NCBI GenBank assembly: GCA_934630515.1
Contig: CAKTVV010000012.1
Span: 7,578 to 71,577, forward strand
Reading direction: 5' to 3'
Length of the DNA stretch: 64,000 nt
Source of the DNA: an uncultured Eubacteriales bacterium
GTDB lineage: Bacteria; Bacillota; Clostridia; Oscillospirales; Acutalibacteraceae
Shown: piece after piece, positions 26,201 to 34,700 of the stretch
Position numbering within the stretch: the first letter of the stretch is position 1
Layout of the letters: each line of letters begins with the position of its first letter
Made by a program: the position numbers and the translations under genes
The notes under the pieces: generated by a model
Told to the model about the DNA's origin: nothing
Database searches by the model: none
What the model saw: only the letters and a program-made list of their open reading frames with translations

Positions 26201-28877
26201 CCGCATCTGCCTCGTCCACGGTGCCGTCGGCATTGGCATCGGCGGCGGCGCAATAGACACCGCTCATCTTATCCGCAATGCTCACCAGATCCCGGATATC
26301 CAGCGTGCCGTCCATATTGGCGTCGCCGTACCGCACCACCTGCGCCGTCTGATAGGCTGCATCCCGGGCATACAGCACCGGGATCGCCACCCGCATGGAG
26401 AAGGTGGACATATCCGGCTTGATATACGCCGTATGGGCGCCGGAGTGCAGCCCGGTCGCCAGCACGGTGGGGTTATGGGGATCTAGCTCCACCGTCTGAT
26501 AGTCCCCGTTGTCGATCTTCACCTGCACCTGATTGCCTGCAGCCGCATTGGCGGCGAACAGCGCCAGCTCGGTGCCGGTAAACTCCACCGCCAGCAGCGG
26601 CTCGGTGGTGTAGCTGTCCTTTTTATCCAGCCGGAAATCGCCGGTATAGGTGCCCATGGTCACCGACCCGGAGTTGAAGCGGAACTCACTGCCGCCCAGC
26701 TCCTGACTGCGCTGCATCAGCACCGCCGTGGGCTGGATCACCGTCACGTTGCCGTCCAGCAGGGTCTTGCTCTGCAGCGGCGGCATGGGATGCTTCGTCA
26801 CCGCCGGCTCCGCAAAGAGGGGCGCCACCAGTGAGTTATGCAGATATTCCTTGATCACATCGAAATACAGCGCATAGCCCGCCTCGTTGGGATGGACGGT
26901 ATCGCTCATATAGCTACTCCAGTCGGCATCCGCCACCCGGTTTGCCAGCGCCGAGCCCACATCCACGGTGGGAATGTTGTAGACCGCCGCCATATCCTCG
27001 TGCGCCTGCGCCTGGGCATACAGCGTGCCCTTACGGGCGTTTTCCGCCATCGTGCGCTCGGTGGTCAGCACCGTCACGATGTCGCATTCCGGCAGCGCCG
27101 CCCGCACATTCCGCACGATCGTCTCATACTGCCGGGCGGTGTCATCGTAGCTGCTGCTGCTGTAATAGTCGTTCACCGCATACTCGATGAACAGCAGGTC
27201 GGGCTTAGCGGAGATCACATCCCGCTCCACCCGGTAGGAACCCAACAGAGTGCCGCTCTCGCCGGTGGCCCGGTTGATCTGGGTGATGCTGGCAGTGGGG
27301 AAATTCTCCGCCAGCCAGCTGCCCACCTGCGCCCGCCAGGACAGAGTATCCTGATCGGCGCTGGCCAGTCCGGCGCCTTGGGTCACCGAGCCGCCGAAAT
27401 AGACCACGTTGACCGCCTCGCCGTTTTGCAGCTTGGTATAGGTGTTTTCCAGCGAGCTGCGGTACCGGATATAGTCCTCATATTCCGTCAGCCGCTCCGC
27501 ATTGCCGCCCTCATACTGGGCGGTCATGGTACCGTCGCCGTTATCCTGCCAGCCGATGAACCGAGAATTGGACGGCTTCACCGACACAGTGGACAGATCG
27601 GCGGTTTCATAGACGTTGTACTCGCCGGCACCGCCCACGGTCAGCGTCTCGCTGCCGTAATACAGGGTATCCGGGTGGTTGGCGGCATCGTAGGCATAGG
27701 CGTAGCCTACCGTGCTATGTACCGTATAGGTGCCCGCCGTCTCGGTGAAGGTCAGCAGCTCGCTGTTGCTGCTGTAGTTGGTCAAAATGTAGCTGCCGCC
27801 CTTGACGGTGACGTTCTTGAACTCCTCCACATTGGTGGTGGTGGGAGCGCTGGTATAGCTGCCGTCCTTACGGGCATCCCAGTCGGTGTACAGGGTCTTG
27901 GAATCCTTGATCACCTGATAGGCGCCGTTGATTGTCACGGCGCCGGGACGCTCCGCCAGCACCAGCTCCCGGGCGGACTTGACGTTCAGATTCAGATTCT
28001 TCCGATAGGTGATGGGAAAATACCCGTTGCCGAAATACACCAGCGGCGCACCACCGGAGGAACCGCTGACGATATCAAAGGTCAGGGTCACATCCTCGGC
28101 GTAGCTCTCTGCCGCCTTGTTGCCACCAAGCAAGATAGGAGACAAGGGAGAACCGCCGGTGATGCTGTGGGTACCCAGCAGGAAATTGAACTGAATATCC
28201 ACCGGCTGCTCATACAGGGTGCCGTTGGTGGTGCCGCAATAGATCTCCATGGACTGCCGCAGCATGATCGTGCTGTCCCCGGTCATGGGCCAGTTGTTGA
28301 TATAGCCGAAGTGGGGGCTGGTCTTGTCCGTGTGAGAGAAGGTCACGTTGTTGCCGTTGAGCCGGATGGCTTTCTGGTTCCAGCCGCTGATGATGTTCAG
28401 ATTCTGGAAATGGGTGGGACCGGTCACCACCATTTCGTCACCTTGAACCGCCCGGTTGCCGGTCACCAAATAGGTGCGCCCGGTGTTGTCCGGATGGGGC
28501 TGCACCACCAACTGCGCCGTATATGTCTCCGGCACCGCATTCTCTGCCGTCCATGACGCCAAGCCGTGCTCCGGCTTATCGGCGTATGTCAGGTTGTTAT
28601 TGTAGGTGAACCGATCCGGACGCTGCATGATGTATATGTTGGCCACATCGCCGGCGCCCAGTCCGTCCTCATTGACGGCGTGGATGGCAGCCGCCACCGT
28701 CGCCGCCGGGGTCTCCTCGGTCTTGCCGTCGCCGGTGCCGCCGTTCTGCACATAATAATTGTGCTCGGCAGCAGCGGTGCGCAGGGTGCCGGCGCCGCTG
28801 GCTGCCAGACTGAAGCAGGACAGCAGCATCGCCAGAGACAGCACAAGGCTGCACACCGTGCGTAGCTGTTTTTTCAT
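23211..28877 (-). CDS. 1888-aa secreted multidomain protein: beta-helix-like module, SGNH esterase, dockerin, second beta-helix-like module, metallophosphoesterase
   Basis: AGGAGG RBS precedes ATG 28877. Signal peptide MKKQLRTVCSLVLSLAMLLSCFSLAASGAG. The domain motifs are listed in the sub-features below. Confidence 0.9.
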   Translation of the reverse strand: MKKQLRTVCSLVLSLAMLLSCFSLAASGAGTLRTAAAEHNYYVQNGGTGDGKTEETPAATVAAAIHAVNEDGLGAGDVANIYIMQRPDRFTYNNNLTYADKPEHGLASWTAENAVPETYTAQLVVQPHPDNTGRTYLVTGNRAVQGDEMVVTGPTHFQNLNIISGWNQKAIRLNGNNVTFSHTDKTSPHFGYINNWPMTGDSTIMLRQSMEIYCGTTNGTLYEQPVDIQFNFLLGTHSITGGSPLSPILLGGNKAAESYAEDVTLTFDIVSGSSGGAPLVYFGNGYFPITYRKNLNLNVKSARELVLAERPGAVTINGAYQVIKDSKTLYTDWDARKDGSYTSAPTTTNVEEFKNVTVKGGSYILTNYSSNSELLTFTETAGTYTVHSTVGYAYAYDAANHPDTLYYGSETLTVGGAGEYNVYETADLSTVSVKPSNSRFIGWQDNGDGTMTAQYEGGNAERLTEYEDYIRYRSSLENTYTKLQNGEAVNVVYFGGSVTQGAGLASADQDTLSWRAQVGSWLAENFPTASITQINRATGESGTLLGSYRVERDVISAKPDLLFIEYAVNDYYSSSSYDDTARQYETIVRNVRAALPECDIVTVLTTERTMAENARKGTLYAQAQAHEDMAAVYNIPTVDVGSALANRVADADWSSYMSDTVHPNEAGYALYFDVIKEYLHNSLVAPLFAEPAVTKHPMPPLQSKTLLDGNVTVIQPTAVLMQRSQELGGSEFRFNSGSVTMGTYTGDFRLDKKDSYTTEPLLAVEFTGTELALFAANAAAGNQVQVKIDNGDYQTVELDPHNPTVLATGLHSGAHTAYIKPDMSTFSMRVAIPVLYARDAAYQTAQVVRYGDANMDGTLDIRDLVSIADKMSGVYCAAADANADGTVDEADAALLRRCLLGLASIEWEDPEAASRNYYVQAGGTGDGRTATAPAASVVDALNTINADGLTAGATAHLYILKGAERATKGVDEIVGNYKVNGVTNKVMPQHGFTSWVNLTNAEATSNRYTATPTYEATVVVQGLYNTAEDPTYLPFSNTLGGNAPLTIGGPTVFKDLTLVGTRRVNQYIYHNGYSVTYDDSVLYGMFDNDYTDGYGADYETNASATQPTRWNGQVKARGALGTNLGYLKGGNTAAADTTVVFRNAYKANGKNQTIYLEAYSNNSNRFAGNVQLVFDNAAAAPEVYIGNNGSGTTTIDGNLSLEVKDASTVTLVDGSGPLTVGGAIQVLVNGATCVGDVTKFSGVTAQDGIYMVQVTTKMPGALTLTDKVGVYTVAEGYTAIATDANGNEAVSVGGVLTLPAAGSYTVQVVEYYANDGKTITVYDNVTVDLTKETAAYVAGQAFLGWKNAAGQYVQAVDTYQHGDVLTAQYVALTADDFGIADVAVDTLSGTALSVAFKQSKAFLAALPTVVESGAITLPSDTAGGREICLDTPVVLEWEPTVEDVNVFTPKTVGATPITLAPTGILESDTERSYRCVITGITADSYDEFHQVRGYIRYRDGNGIERVLYTEDDTTSAYKVAAEAIAGGETNADYEAIVRHVEDTVFPNYRNSLYAGATTLYEDPTDPNHKILQLSNGLYERSVTVNSGFNITKSELCFYTDPHMAYINSRDIESKNINALSSYRGRSWLRAGDAIRKQAAVAKYAATFQKTVMGGDAVDYLTYGALDVTRNLITRRSVNGSVLMAVGNHEVKELSQPDNKALTDITPAEGFARIQEGWSNDVYYHSETVNDADGKPAYMLVVLDNSQGKYWASQIAPLTADIQTAREKQIPILVFQHIPIAPDETTVYDMSGYGRGGQFGTAENNNGVYNTTTSLDFVGNSISDATTNQVCDLIRNNADVVKAVFNGHWHANFYTHISGTDPTTGETVIIPQHTMYGSHYGGVMKITVE
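23214..24101 (-). other. calcineurin-like metallophosphoesterase domain (C-terminal 296 aa)
   Basis: All five motifs occur in order: FYTDPHM (DxH), GGDAVDY (GDxxD), VGNHE (GNHE), VFQHIP (H) and NGHWHAN (GHxH). Confidence 0.8.
26169..26336 (-). other. type-I dockerin module (internal)
   Basis: YGDANMDGTLDIRDLVSIADKM...ADANADGTVDEADAALLRRCLLGL forms two EF-hand-like Ca-binding repeats. Confidence 0.8.
26844..27416 (-). other. SGNH/GDSL hydrolase domain
   Basis: VVYFGGSVTQG (block I), GESG (block II), EYAVNDY (block III) and DTVHPNEAGY (block V). Confidence 0.75.
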
Positions 28878-28927
28878 GGGTATTCCTCCTTTTTGATTGT
28901 ATATATTCAAACGGCACAAGGTCCGTC

Positions 28928-31660
28928 TCATGCCTCCAGCCAATCCGCCGTCGCTGCGGCGTCCACCGCCTGCAGCGCCTCCCGGAAGCCGATCCCGTCG
29001 GCGGGATACAGCAGGCTGCCCTTACTCACGCTGTAGCAGCTGTGACGATCCTGATAGTAGGTGTTGCCCTCGATCCCGAACCGATCCGCCGCCCGGGGTG
29101 CATAGAAAAAGTAGCCGTTCGCCACATCAAACACATTGGCGGTGATATGAAAATCTGCGATCGTTCCATTGGTATAGGCGTTGTTCCAAGCCAAGATAAA
29201 CGCCTGATTATCCTTGTTCTGCCGCTGGCTGCACAGCCCGTATCCGGCGAACCGCAGGATATTCTCCGTGAACCGGATGCTCTCCATCGTCACATGGTCG
29301 TTATCCCCGTCCCAGAACTCAAAATTCATTCCGCTGTACTCCACCAGATTATGCGTATAGGTCAGACCCCGGTACACGCCGCCGCTGTAGCCCTGAAAGG
29401 TCATCGCCGCATCGTAGATCTGCCAAAACCGGGTATACTGCACCGTGCAGTCGGCGGCGGCACCCCAAAACTGAATGGCGTTGCCGTAGCGACCGGCCGT
29501 GTACTGCCCGGTGGAGCTGTCCACCGTGTTCTCCCCGCCGATCCAGCGGAATGCGCAGCCGGTCACGGTAATGCCGGAGCAGCTGCCTAGATTGACGGCA
29601 TGCTCGGCAAAATGCTCGATCACCAGATTCTCCAGCGTGATATCGGCGGCATGAAAGCCATTCATAAACCGCCGGGTGGAGGAGATCTGAATGGAGCGGA
29701 ACCGCCATCCGGGATTGATCTGCCGCCAATAGAAATACAGCTTCCCCGTCGTGCGGTCAAAATAATAGTCTCCATCGTCATCCACCTGTGTCCGGTCGGC
29801 ACAGCGCTGCCCGATATAGGCACCGTCGTCCAGCACCACACCGCCCACGCCGCTGCCCTCCACGGCAGCCGTCCACACATACCCGTCCGCCGTATCCCAC
29901 AGCGCCGGGTCCGCATACTCCCGCCGGGAGCCGGTGATGACCGGCTTAGCCCCGCTGCCGTAGGCACCGTACCGGACCCCCGTTTGGGGAACCAGATAGT
30001 CCGTCAGCGGAAATGTATCCCCCCGGCGAAATCGCACGGCATCCCCGGCGGCATAGGTGAGACGGTTTAGCTTGGCTGCCGAAATCGGACGATCGGGGCT
30101 GCAGCCGTCGTTTTGATCGTCACCGTCGGCTGCCACATAATAGGTCGTACCGCCGGCAGCCGCCATCACCGTATCCGGTCGGGCGGCGATCGCCGCCCCC
30201 AGAGCTGCGGCAGCCGCATCGGCACCGCCGGTCAGCGCCGCCGCAGGCTGCAGACGGCTTGCCGCCGTCTCCCATACAAGGGGAGCCAGCCCCAGCAGAT
30301 GCTGCCGCAGACGGATGCTGTCTGCCGGGGTCAGCGCCCCGTCTGCATCGCAGTCGGCAGCGGACAGATACCGTCCCTGCGCCTGCCGCTCCCAGAGAGC
30401 CAGCAGATCCCGCACATCCAGCTCACCATCCAGATTGCCGTCGCCATAATGTACCACATCCCGCTCGGCGGCAAACAGCGTCTCGTCATAGGGCACATAG
30501 CCGGCGGTATAGTCCAGCGCCGCCGCCTGTGCCGTGCCGAAGCTGTCGCTGCCCACGGCAGCGGTACTCCAATTGCTGCGCCAGCCGCCCATATCCCAGA
30601 TGGTGGTCTTTTGCAGCCGGCTGCGGCGGGCGGGATCGTCGGCAGCATACAGGGTGAACTCCGCCACATACAGCTCTGTGATGTACTTGGCCTCCTGCCG
30701 GAAAAAGAACCCGGCATACAGGTGCGTATACGCCGCTGCCTGCGCAGCGGTCAGCGTAAAGGTGTATTCCACCCGCAGCCCATCGTCCTTAACAGCAGCC
30801 GTCACCGGATTGGTCGCCACCGAGGATTGGAACAGGCGTACCCGATCGGTGTTGCTGTCCGGCGTATCCAGAAGCACAAAATCCACCGATCCATTCAGGG
30901 CGCCGCTGACAAAATAGTAGGAGAAGGCGGCGGTGTAGACCCGCCCGCTTTCCAGTGCTCCCACCGGCAGCAGCAGCGACTCTCCCACCATATCCGCATT
31001 TTCATTGCGTATCCTCAGCATGGTGCGCCACCGCTCCGGGCGGTATTCCTCCACCCGCAGGGCAGTAGCGCTGTCGCTGTCCGTCCCCTCGACGGCGCCG
31101 GCGGCGAAGCTCTGATTATTGGCGAGCCAGCCGGTCAGACCCCGGCTGAAATCGCCATTGCGCAGCCGGTTGGTCTTTTCCGCATCCCCGGCATCCCACA
31201 CCCGGGCGTCGAAGAAATAGCCCTCGCCGGTGGCGGCCTTTTTCAGCCGGAGGATAAAATAGACGTCCTTTCCCGCCAGACTGCCGCCGTTGTTATCCGC
31301 CGTCGGCATCGTGACGGTATAGGTATACTCATTGGCTGTCCCCACCGCCGTAACAGCGGTCCGCTCCGCCGTGGCGGGTACGCCGACCCGCTCCCCCCAG
31401 CGCTCCGACACCACCCGGAACACGACCTCAAGCTCCGTCTCCGGAATGGTGTCGGTCAGCGCAAAGGAGAAACCATACTGACCCCCCGGCGTTACCGCCA
31501 CCGGGGTGCGCAGCTCAAAATACTGCGCCGTACCGGTCTTACACAGGTGCAGCACCCGCCGCCCGGCGGTATCCTCCGCCGTCTGCGCCGCAGCGCCGCC
31601 GGGCAGGAGTGCCAGAAGCAGCCATACAGCCAACAGGAGGGAACCGATCCTTTTACCCAT
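28928..31660 (-). CDS. 910-aa secreted protein: two jelly-roll modules, dockerin, right-handed beta-helix
   Basis: AAAGGAG RBS precedes ATG 31660. Signal peptide MGKRIGSLLLAVWLLLALLPGGAAA. The C-terminal half is paralogous to 45808..47163 and 47178..48857 (TYYVAADGDDQNDGCSPDRP, GDAVRFRRGDTF, YGAYGSGAKP). Confidence 0.9.
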   Translation of the reverse strand: MGKRIGSLLLAVWLLLALLPGGAAAQTAEDTAGRRVLHLCKTGTAQYFELRTPVAVTPGGQYGFSFALTDTIPETELEVVFRVVSERWGERVGVPATAERTAVTAVGTANEYTYTVTMPTADNNGGSLAGKDVYFILRLKKAATGEGYFFDARVWDAGDAEKTNRLRNGDFSRGLTGWLANNQSFAAGAVEGTDSDSATALRVEEYRPERWRTMLRIRNENADMVGESLLLPVGALESGRVYTAAFSYYFVSGALNGSVDFVLLDTPDSNTDRVRLFQSSVATNPVTAAVKDDGLRVEYTFTLTAAQAAAYTHLYAGFFFRQEAKYITELYVAEFTLYAADDPARRSRLQKTTIWDMGGWRSNWSTAAVGSDSFGTAQAAALDYTAGYVPYDETLFAAERDVVHYGDGNLDGELDVRDLLALWERQAQGRYLSAADCDADGALTPADSIRLRQHLLGLAPLVWETAASRLQPAAALTGGADAAAAALGAAIAARPDTVMAAAGGTTYYVAADGDDQNDGCSPDRPISAAKLNRLTYAAGDAVRFRRGDTFPLTDYLVPQTGVRYGAYGSGAKPVITGSRREYADPALWDTADGYVWTAAVEGSGVGGVVLDDGAYIGQRCADRTQVDDDGDYYFDRTTGKLYFYWRQINPGWRFRSIQISSTRRFMNGFHAADITLENLVIEHFAEHAVNLGSCSGITVTGCAFRWIGGENTVDSSTGQYTAGRYGNAIQFWGAAADCTVQYTRFWQIYDAAMTFQGYSGGVYRGLTYTHNLVEYSGMNFEFWDGDNDHVTMESIRFTENILRFAGYGLCSQRQNKDNQAFILAWNNAYTNGTIADFHITANVFDVANGYFFYAPRAADRFGIEGNTYYQDRHSCYSVSKGSLLYPADGIGFREALQAVDAAATADWLEA
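30284..30454 (-). other. type-I dockerin module
   Basis: YGDGNLDGELDVRDLLALWE...ADCDADGALTPADSIRLRQHLLGL. Confidence 0.8.
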
Positions 31661-31751
31661 CAGACACCCGCTCCTTTGATGCGCCGAGCAGCTTCCCTGC
31701 ATAAGCACCGCCCGGGTACAGAGAGACCCGGGACAGAGGCGCCCGGCGCTT

Positions 31752-34700
31752 TTATGCCTGCTTTTTCTTCTTCTGCACGAGGATCACGGCGATCACAGCA
31801 CCGGCAGCGATCACCAGCACGGCGACCCCCGCCAGCACGATCCACAGCACCGGAGTGCCGTCGGCGGCGGTATCCGTCGCCGGATCGTATTTCAGCTTGA
31901 CCGACAGTCCCACGTTTTCCTTGATCTGCACGGTACGGAATACATATTTGGAGCCGTCCTCCAGCAGGGTATACAGCTCATATTCGCCCACCGGCACATT
32001 TTCAAAGGTGAAGCTGCCCTGAGCATTGGTGGTGGTTTCCCCCACGCCCTTCAGGAAGATCTTCAGATCCGCTACCGTTTTCAGCTGGGGGGTATACACC
32101 GTCCCCCGCAGGGTGCTGCCGGCAGTCTCGGGCGTATCGTCGTCCGGCGTATTGTCCGGCTCCGTCGCCGCCCCGGAGGCATCCAGCGTCAGCTGCAGCA
32201 CTGCCGTATCGCCGCCGGAGAAGCTGGAGAAGTAGCCGGTGGACACGCTGTTTCCGTCGGCATCCACCGCATACAGCTCATAGAAGCCCGCCGGGAAATT
32301 CTTAAATGTGAACCGTCCGTTTTTATCGGTCACCGCCGTATAGGTCTTGCTGTCGGATTTCAGCAGCAGCTTGACCCCCGCCCGGGGTTGCCGGTTCTCG
32401 TCCAGCAGCGTGCCGCTCAGGGTGGCAGTCTGGGGCGTATCCTCCTGAATAATGTCGCTGTCGTTCCACCACTTGCCGTCATTGACGTTCAGCTCGGCAA
32501 TGAGCTGATCGATCTTAGACAGGTCGAAATCCATCACCTTGACGGTGTTGGCGCCGTTGGTCCACTCAAAGGTTCCCGCCGGATTCTCCGCCCAGGTGCC
32601 GAACCATGCGTGCCAATCCCAGATCCAGCCGTCCAGACCGACGCCGAAGGTGGCGTTGTTCCAAAGGTTCTTCTGCTTGGGGTCGTCCGCCCGATACAGG
32701 CTCATATCGAAGATATAGCCCTCGGAGAAGAAGTTCACCAGCACACCTACGAATACATTTTCCGTCTTGACCGTATCCGGCATGGTGAACCGATAGGTAT
32801 AGGTGGTGTAGTTGCCGTGCTTTTCCTCGCTCACCAGCTCGGAATTCACCCGCACCGTGGGACGGGCGTCGTCCTCCGTCACCTTGATGTCAAAGGGGCC
32901 GGTGGAATAGGCGCTGAAGGTGACCTGATACTCGGCATTCGCCTGCAGCGCTACCCGGGAGGCGAAGTTGGAGGACTTGGTGCCGTTGACGAAGTACACC
33001 ATCTTCTTGGAGGGAATCTTGGCGATCATATCCGCAATGGACTGGTCGCTGTATTCCACCGTCTCCAGCAGGGTGGATTCGTTCTCCCAGCGGTTCATTC
33101 CGGCGAGGGCGGTGTCGCTGTGGGCGAACCACGCATCCCAGCCCCACGCCCAGTCGTTCAGCTCCAGCTTGAACTCCGGGTTGTTCAGCAGCTCGATTTT
33201 GGCGGGGTCATTGACATTGTGCACGGAGGCGTCGAAGAACAGCGCCTCAAAGGTACCCGCCGCCTTCATGCCGAAGAACACCGTATCGGTCATGGGGACG
33301 CTGTTGCCCTCGCTGTCCACATAGGTGACGGGGATGGTGTAGCGGTAGGTATACACCGTGTAGCCGTCCTTTTCCACCTCGCTGACCGCCTGAATGTTGG
33401 CGTCCACCGGACGGCGCTTGCCGTCGGACAGGCAGACCATGGTGAAGTTCTTCAGGTTATGGGTCAGAGAGAAGCTGAACTCGTAGCTCTCCCCCGCCTT
33501 CACCGGTACCCGCTGCATCAGCTCCTTGGCACGGGAGGTCTTGATGTGCAGCATATGCTTTTCATCCCGGTTTTTCTCCAGCAGAGACTCGTCCAGCGTC
33601 ACCACCGTCAGCTCCATATCGCTGTTCTGGAAGTGCTTGCCGGACAGCCAGGTGTATTCCAGACTCCACTTATCCAGACCGGAGCGGAAATCCGCATTGG
33701 TCAGCAGCTCGGTCGATTCCGCCCCGACGGCGCACACGCTGGGGACATACAGCGCCCCCTGATAGATGCTCCCTTGGGGGAACCGGACGATAAAGAACAC
33801 CTGATCGGTCACCGGGTTCCCGTTGTTATCCTTTTCGGGGATGGTAAAGCGATAGGTATACAGGGTGCCGCCGTTGCGCACATCCTTCTTCACCTGCGTG
33901 ATCTGGGCGTTGATGCCCGCCCGCTTGGCCGCATCCGATGCCCGGCATACCACCTCAAATTTATCGATGGAATCGGTCAGACCGAAGGTGAAATCGTAGC
34001 TGGCTCCCGCCGTCACCGGCACCAGCTGCATCAGCTCGCCCCGGGCAGCGCCGGTCTTGTTCACCTGCAGCATCTTCGGGGTGTTATCGGATTCCTCCAG
34101 CAGCGCCTCGTCAAAGTCCACGACCTGCAGCTTGGCAGCGTATTCGGTCACATCCGCCTCCCGCTGGTCCGCCGCAAAGGTGCGGAATTCCCAGATCCAG
34201 CCGTACAGTCCGGAGGTGAAATCGCCGTTATCCAGCAGATTCGTCTTGTCGGCATCGTCGGTGCGGTATACGCAGGGGTTGAACAGGTCGCCCTCGCACG
34301 CCGTCTTGAACCGGATGATGAAATACAGCTCATGATCGCCGATATTCTGGTCATTCAGCGGCACCGTAAAGCGGTAGGTGTACAGGGTGCTGATCTTGTT
34401 TTCCACCCGGCGCACCCGCTGAATGTTGGCAGCCACCCCCGGCTGGGTGCCGGTGCCGGTATTCACCCGGCATACCAGCTCAAAGTCGGAGTCGGTGAAG
34501 CCGTTGGACAGCCCAAAGGTATAGTCGTAGGTCTGTCCCTTTTCCACCGGCGCAGAGTTCTTCAGCTCACCCCGGGCGGCGGAGGTTTTGGTGATATGCA
34601 GCATCTGGGGACCGGACGGCTCCGCATCGATCAGGGATTCATCAAAGGGCAGCACCGTCAGCTGGGTGGTGCCGTTGGAGTCCGTCCCCGTGGTGTCGCC

